DNA from: Wallemia ichthyophaga EXF-994
Lineage: Eukaryota; Fungi; Basidiomycota
Reading direction: 5' to 3'
Assembly (NCBI RefSeq): GCF_000400465.1
Contig: NW_008806275.1
Coordinates: 249,656-281,655, forward strand
Length of the DNA: 32,000 nt
The position numbers were made by a program, and so were the translations under genes. Below are positions 19,728 to 29,307 of this stretch, piece after piece. The notes under the pieces were generated by a model. It did not search any database and was not told the DNA's origin. It worked only from the letters and a program-made list of their open reading frames with translations. The first letter of the stretch is position 1, and each line of letters opens with the position of its first letter.

Positions 19728-22427
19728 ATGACAAAAAACACAGAATTATTTAAAGATAAAGTGGCAATCATCACTGGCGCTGGTGGTGGACTTGGGAGAT
19801 GGTAAGATGGTGATGTAGTTCGCGTATGCCACGCTGAAAGATTCAAAGCTACGCACGCCTCCTCGCACAGCACGGTGCTAAAGTCGTCGTCAACGATGTA
19901 TCTCTCGACGCAGCTGACAAGGTTGTCGCGGAGATTAAGCAGAGTGGGTGAAGTTGGCAGTGGAAGTGGCAGATGGCTCAACGCACCCAACACAGCCGGT
20001 GGAGTGGCTATAGCCGATTCACACTCAGTGACAGATGGCGCGAACGTTATCCAGTCTGCGCTGTCTGCGTTTGGTACTCTGCACATACTTATCAATAACG
20101 CTGGTCTGTTTTCATTGTGATTGCGTCATTGCGATTTCTTATCACACCACAGGCATCCTCAGAGACCGCTCATTCGCCAAAATGTCAGATAAAGTGGGGT
20201 TTTATGAGTCCACAGCTACTCAACTCACATTTTACCCCAGGAATGGGACCAGGTCATCGATATCCACCTCACAGGCTCTTTCTCCTGCTCTAAAGCTGCT
20301 TGGCCTGTCTTTAGGAAGCAGAAGTTTGGCCGTATCATTAATACAGCCTCAGCCGCTGGTTTATAGTGGGTGCTGGTAGTGTACACAACCACGCAGTCTT
20401 CTAACTCCCCTTCAGCGGTAACAGAGGCCAAGCTGTATGCCGAGATCTGTCATATAATATCCACTAACAGCTTCACAGAACTATAGCGCTGCTAAAATGG
20501 GTCTCACCGCATTCTCCAAGACTTTGGCCAGTGCGTGTACCTTAGCTTAACCCACTCAATCCCTTACTCATTGCCTTCACTCCAGTCGAAGGCGCGAAAT
20601 ACAACATTCGTGCTAATACAGTCGTCCCAGTAAGTGGCTTTACAAATATTTGCACGCAGAAGAAATGACAAGAGGTAGATGGCCAAAAGCGCAATGGTGA
20701 GCGTGTTGTTGGCGTTATTTCATCTATTCTAACAATCAACTCACAGACTGAAACAGTCCTTCCAGTTGATATTCTTGAAAAGTTGCTGCCTGAGGCTGTC
20801 GCACCTTTCGTAGCGTTCCTTTGCTTGCCCGATGAAGCAGGCTCGCCCGAATCAGGGCCTATAACAGGGAGAGTCTTTGAAGTTGGTGCGGGTTACTGCA
20901 CTGAATTGCGCTGGGAGCGTGCTAAAGGTGGGTTTATTGAGTTGAAAAGTCAAAACTGTCTCAGAACACTCTCTTACGTTTGCTGCAGGCCACATCTTCA
21001 AGCCAGATGACTCATTCACGCCGTCGGCTGTCAAGGCACAATGGCACAACGTCATGGATTTCAACCAAGGCAGAGAATACCCAAAGCGTGTCGAAGATTC
21101 CCACGGCAAGATAGAGGAAGTAACTAAAATGTCTCCTAAGATGCCCTCAAACACACAAGCAGAACCTGCAGTGCGTTTCGACAAACAGACTGTCATTATT
21201 ACTGGCAGTGGGGCTGGTCTCGGACGCATCTACGCGCTCATGTTTGCCAGTCTGGGTGGGAATGTCGTTGTGAATGATGTCTCAGAGCAAGCAGCTCAGG
21301 GGGTAGTCAACGAAATTAAGGGTGGTGGGAAGGGCGATGCGGTTGCTGTTGTTACGAGTGCTGAAGATGGTGATGCACTCGTCAACGCTGCTATCAACTC
21401 GTTCGGCAGGATCGACGCACTCGTAGCTAACGCTGGTATTCTGCGCGATAAGAGTTTCGCAGGCATGACCAAACCTGAATGGGATGCAGTCCTCGCTGTT
21501 CATCTAAGAGGTACTTATAAGGTTGTATTGGTTTGGGTGTGGTGAGATGAAGCCTTCTGACAATGTTTTGCTAGTCAATTAAGGCCGTTTACCCGCTTTT
21601 CCAGAAACAAGGTTATGGGCGTATCGTCACTACGGCATCAGGTGTCTCGCTGCATGGTAACTTTGGACAGGCTGTGTGTATGCGGTGTGTAGACGATATT
21701 CACTCATTCAAAATCCTCGCAGAACTACTCCTCGGCCAAAGCTGCGATTATAGGCCTCACTCGCTCCGTTGCTATCGAGGGTGAGAAGTACGGGTAAGTG
21801 TTGAACCGGGTCCTCGGATCTCCGCCGCTGATGACATGTCGGTATTAGTATTCTCGCGAATGCGATAGTCCCGACGGCGGGAACTGCGGTGAGTGTGAAG
21901 TGTCTACACAAATGTGTGGAAGAAGAGCGATTGTACTAATGCGCCTATTTCAGATGACAGCGACAGTATGGCCAGAGGAGATGATAAAAATCTTCAAGGT
22001 GGGTTGAATGTGGTGTATTGCTAGCATTCACACGAACACTAACATATTTGCAGCCCGATTACGTTGCGCCGATAGTCGGCTATCTCGTCTCGAAAGGTGG
22101 GTATGAGTAAACAAATAAGCGGGGCACATCTAATAAACCCCACAGACAACGGGGATACGGGGCTAGTGGTGGAAGTTGCGGCGGGATGGTCAGCTGCCAT
22201 ACGTTACCAGAGAGGCGGCGGGCATCGCTTCGACGGGGCGAGATACGCGCCCGAGGATGTCGCGATGAATTGGAAGCGTATTGCAGGGTTTGAAGATGGC
22301 AGGGCACATTACCCGACGTCGACAGCTGACTCACTGATGAAGGTATGTGGGGTGTTTGCGTGGAGATGGTGTGCTGACCGCTGCTCGGCTGCAGTTCCTC
22401 GAGAGTGCCAAGGAAGCGAAGCTGTGA
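19728..22427 (+). CDS. FOX2: Peroxisomal MFE-2/Fox2-like protein with two SDR 3-hydroxyacyl-CoA dehydrogenase domains, ending in PTS1 (-AKL), no hydratase domain
   Basis: Domain A: VAIITGAGGGLG, INNAG|ILRDRSF, NYSAAKMGL. Domain B: FDKQTVIITGSGAGLG, ANAGILRDKSF, NYSSAKAAI. The last intron (gtatgt...gctgac...gcag) is followed by FLESAKEAKL-TGA at 22425-22427. Many short introns. Confidence 0.88.
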
Positions 22428-22748
22428 TAGTAAACAAATGAACGTAGCTATTAAGCAACTTAACAACTGAATAAGTAACTTGGAATGATGAATTTTAAAT
22501 TTACAAATTTTATGCGTCCACCGAGCAACCATATGACCTAGTGAGTCGGATGTGATGGGCGAGGGAGTGCGAGGGGATATCGGTAGCGGAGGAAGCGGAA
22601 TGAATTGGGAGGCGTGAGTGATGGCTAAATACATAGCTCACTCCACGCTCACTTGAATTACCGCTGTGTTCCTGAGTGTTTAAAACCCGGGGTTCTCCGC
22701 AAAACTGGTTGGTGGAGTCAGTGTCGCGTGTGTGGTTGTAGAGGTACG

Positions 22749-24281
22749 ATGAACACGCAGACGACGCAAACGGATGTGCATAGGCAGAGGTTTGTAGAGG
22801 GGAATGGGGGGAATAATAGGAGTGGAAGAGGGAGTGGGAGTGGTGCCGCTCACTTACCAAGCAGTGCGCCTACCAAGTTATTCCCGCTGCAGCTTCCAAG
22901 CAGAGAGAATTCAAGGCCCGTGAATCAGGTGCAATCACAGTCTCAGTCGCATCCACAGCAGCCCAAGTCCCAGTCACGCCATTTACAACTCCACCCACCT
23001 CCGCCACCACCACCACCAATCAAATCAGTCTACAGCGGTCCTATTCCACCACCATCACTGTTCAGACGGAGTAATGAGGATCTTAAAGCCCAGACGTCGC
23101 ATACGGGGCACTCTAAGCACCCCGCACACCCCGCAAACAACTCCTTCCCCACTCTACCGCCGATCAGCAGCGTTGAGGGCGTCGTTGAGGAGAATGATGC
23201 AGGCACACGCAAGCGCAAATCACAGGATACAAGTGGCAGTTTTTCAGATGAGACACATGGTAAGCATCAGATGCAGATGCCGACGCAACAGACGCAACAG
23301 ACGCAACAGTCACAGTACACTCACACACAACGCACCAAGAATGGCAGCGGTAACGGTAAAGCCAAAAGCGCGCGCAGACGTGCGTGCGAGGAGTGCGCAC
23401 GCGCCAAAGCACGCTGTAAAGTGGAGCCAGGTGATGGAGTAACACCGCCAATGTGCACGAGGTGCAAGATGTACGGCCATTCGTGCCTCTTACCGGAGGG
23501 ATATGTGATCGATAGCGACTGGATGGATGAGGATGTACAGACGCCGCGGAAGAGGGCGAGACGTAACACGGCCAACAGCAACAGTAACAGCAGTGGAGAT
23601 GATAGAGGTAGGGAGAGGGATTGTGAGAGGGAGGGATATCTCGATGGTGTTGGTGTTAGGGATAAAGAAAGAGACACAAGTAGAGATAGGGATAGAGAGG
23701 TCGACTGGCATATGCATAGACGTCTCAGCGAAGCGTGGCAGTATCACCACGGCCACCCTTCACCTTCAAGTTATAACTTGATACCACCCGGTTTTGAACA
23801 ACGCGAACAACGCGAACAACGCGAACAACGCGAACAACGGGATCAATGGGATCTTTACTCGCAATACTCACATTACCCTCAATATACCCAGCACACTCCT
23901 CACACCACTCAACAACCCCCTCAACCACCTAATAGATATGGATATCCTCAGATGCACTACTCACCAACAGTACCATCAGCACCTTCAGCACCTTCAGCAC
24001 CGTCGATGGATGTAGCCTTCTTGCGTGGGTGGTATTAAACATACAAAATTCTCCCTAACACAAACACACACACAGAAGCTGAAATGGCTAGCTACCCTTT
24101 TCTCAGACACATTGCTGGCTATGATCTCAGCAGGTTGTCCTTGTTTCTTTCCGCGGCTGTACGTGTCGGTATTACGGGGATATACGCAGGCGAGCAGACG
24201 ACGCAGGGGCACTCGCAGGGGCACTCACAGTCACAGCAATCCCAGCAGTCATCACAGCCAGCACAAGAGCCACGAGAGTAA
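22749..24281 (+). CDS. Zn(II)2Cys6 transcription factor (no obvious Fungal_trans domain)
   Basis: RRRACEECARAKARCKVEPGDGVTPPMCTRCKMYGHSC binuclear cluster. Probable intron 24025-24075 (gtgggt...ctaac...cag) joins in frame to ORF 24084..24281. Confidence 0.85.
23796..23840. repeat. 9-nt coding microsatellite (GAACAACGC)x5 encoding EQR repeats
   Basis: Copies start at 23796, 23805, 23814, 23823 and 23832 (the last is imperfect). Confidence 0.9.
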
Positions 24282-24345
24282 TTTGAAATATTCAAGAGAA
24301 AGATGTAAGACATGTAAGACATGTAGAATTAATTAAGTTATTACT

Positions 24346-25242
24346 TTATTTCGACGGCGATGGATCGACGGGTGAACCAAATTCAGTAGTCTTGTTGTCA
24401 ATACCACGGCGAATGTGGTCGTCGTCGAGGTGATCGAGACGGTGCAGTTCGCTGCGAGTGTAATGCACGAGGCTGTTGAGGTGGATAGGGATAGCGACTT
24501 CCATAGCCTCGCCATGTACGCCCTCTTCCTCCCTAACGGCTCTACCAGAAGGGGACAACTCCATGTCACCCGAGTCAATCTCCTCCTTGACGCCTCTACC
24601 TGAGTAGATATTCCTCCAGAACGCAGCAGCGAGTACAGCATCACCGCGGACGAGTCCCTCGTCATACGCCACACCTGAACCACGCCACATATCCAAATAA
24701 GCCATCATGTAACCTCTAACAGTGCGCTCCTGGGTGATTTTAAACTTGTGACGAATACGCGATTCAATGTCGATGAAAAAGTGATTAATGAGCTCCTGTA
24801 TATAGAGACGTGCGAGTGGTTCTGGGAGAGCTCTGAACCTGACGGTAAGCAACCAAATGTGGAGGTTAGTGAGGTGGAACCACGTGTTGAAGGTGGGCGG
24901 GAGGTTAGCAGTTTTAAGGAATTCACCGTGGCCTTCTTCCCACTCGGCACACCTATCGTAGTAGTCGGAGGTGGTGCGTATTGCGGTGGAGGTGTCGCTG
25001 TTGTATCCAAATAACTTGGCTATGGAGAAGACGATTTTCTTGGTTAGTTCGGAATGCTGCTTGGGCGGGCGTGCCTTTGGTGAGAGCGGGGTGGCGGAAA
25101 GGAGAGGTTTCTTGTGCGGTGGCTGTGGCTGCGACTGCGAGTGGTTCGACTGAGTGGATAACAAACTCCTAGTGGGATTGCGGGCTATGGCGCGTACAAT
25201 ACACCGCTGGTTCGCTTTAATAGCATTCGTTATTAGTGGCAT
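24346..25242 (-). CDS. CBP3: Ubiquinol-cytochrome c reductase chaperone Cbp3/UQCC1
   Basis: Presequence-like start MPLITNAIKANQR; LPPTFNTWFHLTNLHIWLLTVRFRAL, QELINHFFIDIE and YDEGLVRGDAVLAAAFWRN. No introns. Confidence 0.9.
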   Translation of the reverse strand: MPLITNAIKANQRCIVRAIARNPTRSLLSTQSNHSQSQPQPPHKKPLLSATPLSPKARPPKQHSELTKKIVFSIAKLFGYNSDTSTAIRTTSDYYDRCAEWEEGHGEFLKTANLPPTFNTWFHLTNLHIWLLTVRFRALPEPLARLYIQELINHFFIDIESRIRHKFKITQERTVRGYMMAYLDMWRGSGVAYDEGLVRGDAVLAAAFWRNIYSGRGVKEEIDSGDMELSPSGRAVREEEGVHGEAMEVAIPIHLNSLVHYTRSELHRLDHLDDDHIRRGIDNKTTEFGSPVDPSPSK

Positions 25243-25290
25243 GGTGGTTGTGGTGCTAGAGCCATTCGTCTTCTCTTCTCGCTCCGGACA

Positions 25291-25911
25291 ATGACGACGA
25301 CTAGGCAACTCGACCAGGAAGAGGTGATCCTCGCAGGCAGATTGAATGAAGTGGATCAAGTGGTTGAGGCCATCGATGAATTTGGAATCCACGCACTCCT
25401 CACCGCCAGAGACGACAGAAGCAACTCAATTCTGCACATGTTATCAGCGAATAATCATTTAGAGCTGCTCAAGAGGGTTATCGGTGGCTGTGGTGGATGT
25501 AAGGACGCACTCGCTGCCACTCTCCTCCATCAAAATCAGTCAAAATCCACAGCACTTCATTGGGCAGCTACAAATGGGAACAAAGAGCTGGCTATTTACT
25601 TGTGTGAACAGGCAAGGGATGTGGGTGACGACACAGAGCACAAACTCACTTTCTCCACAAACCAATCTGGGCTCAGTGCTGCTTCTGAAGCTGAGAGAGG
25701 TGGTCATGACGATTTGGTGGTCGAGTTGCTCGCCCGGATGGATGCACTCGATAAGGGAAGCAGAGGTGGTGACGGTGAGGGTGCTGAGGGCGCACAGGAG
25801 CCACTCTCTCAACCTGAAGACTCGCAACCTGAAAACCCACAAGAAGACGTGGTTGTACAAGTAGGCGATACATCCACAATCACAAATAAAGTGGATGAAA
25901 TAAACCTGTAA
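25291..25911 (+). CDS. Ankyrin-repeat protein, Yar1-like
   Basis: EVILAGRLNEVD, NSILHMLSANNHLELL and NQSKSTALHWAATNGNKELAIYL ankyrin repeats, with an acidic tail. Confidence 0.8.
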   Translation: MTTTRQLDQEEVILAGRLNEVDQVVEAIDEFGIHALLTARDDRSNSILHMLSANNHLELLKRVIGGCGGCKDALAATLLHQNQSKSTALHWAATNGNKELAIYLCEQARDVGDDTEHKLTFSTNQSGLSAASEAERGGHDDLVVELLARMDALDKGSRGGDGEGAEGAQEPLSQPEDSQPENPQEDVVVQVGDTSTITNKVDEINL

Positions 25912-26052
25912 TATTGTAGCCTGATTCATACTCTTTCTCTATTTTTATCGACTTGGTTTCTGCGGGTGATTGGTTTTCAAACTCAGATCCGACGGTGCCG
26001 AGGACCCAACTGAGTAGGAAGCAGCCCACTTGCATTCGACTATCAAACATCC

Positions 26053-28181
26053 ATGGACCATAACAAGAAGAGGAAGAGGCTTACCAAGGTGTGTTCTCTG
26101 TGTGGGTGTGTGGGTGTATTTCTTATCAAACGCTAGGCCTGCGATAATTGCCATAAAGTGGGTGGATTACTTATATCCACGCTATTCTTACAGCTGTGCA
26201 GAACAAACGCCGCTGCGATGGGTTCCTCCCGTGTTCAAATTGGTGTGTTCTCCACTCAACTACACCCCACCTAACACAGCCCACAGCGACTTCTCAGGTA
26301 AACAATGCTCTTATTCAGATAACAATGGCCACTCTATCCCGCCGCCCAAGTCCAGATCAGAGAAAGAGCACGAGTCTCACCTCAAGATAAAAACTGAGTA
26401 CAACCTTTTCTCGAGTGATCTGCACGGCGAGAACAGCAAGGCTGTACTCAATGATCCTCTCCTTAAGAAAGAGCTCGTCCTGCTCTTCCTCGATCACATG
26501 TACCCATTCAACCTCATCTTCCACAAGCCAAGCCTCCTCTATGCCCTCGAGAAGGACAGACTAACCCCGATGCTCCTCAACTCCATCTTCGCCCTCTCTG
26601 CCAGGCTCAGCCCCCACCCCCGCTTCCAGCACATCGAACCTTGGAAGACCGGCGTCGACTTTGCTGCCATTGCCCGGCGTATTCTCTTCGATCCCGATGA
26701 TTTGGGCGCTTGTGCCCTCGACGACAGCAAGCTGGAGGTTGTCCAAACATCTTTACTTCTCGCTGCCCACGATTTCGGCATTGGTCTGTTTAACAGGGCA
26801 TACACTTATCTAGGTGGGAGTGTACCACTTTACTTTTTTTATAGATGGCTGACACCTGATAATTACCCCTAGGCATCGCCATCTCCCAGCTTAAAATATT
26901 GGGTCTTAATCACGACGATTTCGTCACCCCCGCCCCAGAAAATACCCGCGAGAAGTGGATCTCCAGGGAGGAACGCAGACGGACAGGCTGGTGCGTCATT
27001 ATGTTAGACTCCGTCGCTGCCGCTATCAACGGCCGCGCCAAGCCATTCGAAGAGCATGATTTGAAGATGTTCCTGCCCTCTGACGATGTGGCATTTGAGT
27101 TGGCAGTGGGCAATGTCGGCAACAGAGGTGAGTTGACTGTGTATTAGGCTGTCAATGCTAAATACATGTCTTGCAATCCTCAGAATTCATAAACACCCCT
27201 CCGTCAACAGACAACGCGACCACCGAATTCGGCTATCTGATCAGGATAGTGAATGTGTTTTCCAATGTGAGTGGTTTGTGTCTTTGAGTTAAATACCCAT
27301 CTAAAGCACTCCAGGTAATGGGATACATATACTTTCACGAAAAGGAGCGTATGGCAAATGCGTCGCAGAGGAGCACAAACACAACCACTCAATCACCCTA
27401 CTCAAGTCATTCATGCAAGCAGGATCTAGCACAGTGGTCGCAGTCACTACCCCCGCATCTCGAACTAAGCAGTATCAACCTGAACCTGGCCATGATGTCG
27501 ATGCAAGCTGGTGCAAATTCGTCTGGCTGGTGCTACGCACTGATGCATGCCTTCGCAGAGTGCAGCGTCTTTTACTTGCACTCGACAGTCGAGCAGGGAG
27601 CAAGTGAAGAGAGCATGCGAACCAGCGCCGACAGACAGAATCAGAGTGTCGGGAACATGCGCGCGGTAATAGACGCACTGGGAAGAAGCGGACGCAAGAG
27701 TCCACTGCTCATCTACTTTGTCTATGTCGTATCGAAATGGCAGTTGCATGTACAGGGTGCACTCGACGCTGTTGTCGCTGATATTTGGGATGAAGAGCTG
27801 GCCGAGTTGTGGAGAATGGACAAGACACTGCTCACTGGCGATGGCAATTCACCCCCTGTGCTTGAAGAAGAGGGCAGCGAGAATGAGAATGAGAGTGAGA
27901 GTGATAAGGCACATGACACTCATAGCACTCACGCTCACACTAACACCCACACTAACACCATGGAAACTATCGCTAAACTCCTCGAAAACGCTAACCAACC
28001 CGCAGCCACACTCAACACCAGCGTCAATCCAGTGGATCTTAACCTTCTACCCTCTCGTAACCTCCTCTTGTCACCGTCTTTACCGGATTTATTCGCACCT
28101 TCAACCACCACAAGCACTCCGAGCGATCAGCAGCAGCAGCACACGCAAGAAAACGCGGTATTTGGTTTAGGATTGAGCTAG
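26053..28181 (+). CDS. Zn(II)2Cys6 transcription factor with fungal-specific TF domain
   Basis: Spliced N-terminus MDHNKKRKRLTK|ACDNCHK|NKRRCDGFLPCSN|CDFSGKQCSY. Middle-homology region LFLDHMYPFNLIFHKPS...LLNSIFALSARLS and EERRRTGWCVIMLD. Confidence 0.9.
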
Positions 28182-28287
28182 CTTATTAATGTAATATAAA
28201 ATAACAAATTAACATATTTTGCCAGATATTTTTAAATGACATAATCTTCTAATCTAATCGTTCTTCTGCCTGCACCACCATCTTCAC

Positions 28288-29163
28288 ATGACGAGTCCAT
28301 ACTGGAAATTCTTTCAGCGCACCATTGATCAACTAGCGCAGCGGTCAAAAATAAGTGGGTGGAATTAGTGCACAAGCTTGTACGATTCTCACACGTCCAC
28401 AGTCGCCAACGCCTCACCAACACCGACGACGCCCCCAATACGTCTAGCCACGCTGAGGAGCAGCTCCGATATCTCCAACTGGGCTGTTGGCTGCGATGGT
28501 GATATGGGCGGGCGCAGTCGGGCGCAGCTTGAATACGTGGGCGGTGTGAATGTGAGTGGGGGCGAGGAGAAGCATGCGAAATTCAGTGGCGTTCTCGATC
28601 CATACGTCCCCGAACAATGGAAGAAAACTCTCGAGGATGGCGTTAAGGCTAAGAGCGGTTATGCTGGTCTGCGCACTAAAACTCGCACTACACTCTTCGG
28701 TACAGCGTGTTGGGACCTGTCGCTGCACCCGTACCTCGCTATGCGTGTTAGGAATAACATGGCTAAAGGTGGAGGTGCAAGTAGTGGTAGTGTTAGCAAC
28801 AGCAGCGGCTACTTTATCAACATTCAGACAGAAGGCGCTGTACGCAGCGATCTGTTTCAGCATCGCCTCTTCACTCCCCCTAACTCTCACTGGCATACCC
28901 TTGTCGTTCCCCTTAGCTCATTTGTCCTCACTAACGCGGGTGAGACTTCGGATCAGCAACTGCCTATGCTCAGAGAGAAAATTCGCACCGTCGGTATCAG
29001 TCTCCTCGCTAATCCTGATGGTAATAGCACAGGTAGAGTTGAAAATAGCGAACGCTTTGATCTCGATATCGAATGGATTGAGGCGTGGAACGATAGCAAT
29101 CCAGATGTTGTAGCTAGACAGAGTCAAGATGGTAATGATAGTGAGAAGAAGGAAAGTCTATAA
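28288..29163 (+). CDS. CIA30: Complex I intermediate-associated protein 30 (NDUFAF1 family)
   Basis: Exon 1 MTSPYWKFFQRTIDQLAQRSKI plus an intron (gtgggt...ctcac...cag). Then WAVGCDGDMGGRS, KSGYAGLRT, YFINIQTE, DLFQHRLF, VVPLSSFVLTNAG and IRTVGISL. Confidence 0.85.
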
Positions 29164-29307
29164 GTTTTGTTGATACATTTTATTCTAATCATTCATTTCT
29201 ATATATTGGTGTCTATACTTGAGTATCTATAAGTGCCTTGTCTATAAGTGCCGTGTCTATTCAATACTGCAATAAATATTAATCATGTCGTCATTATATG
29301 ATGCCGT

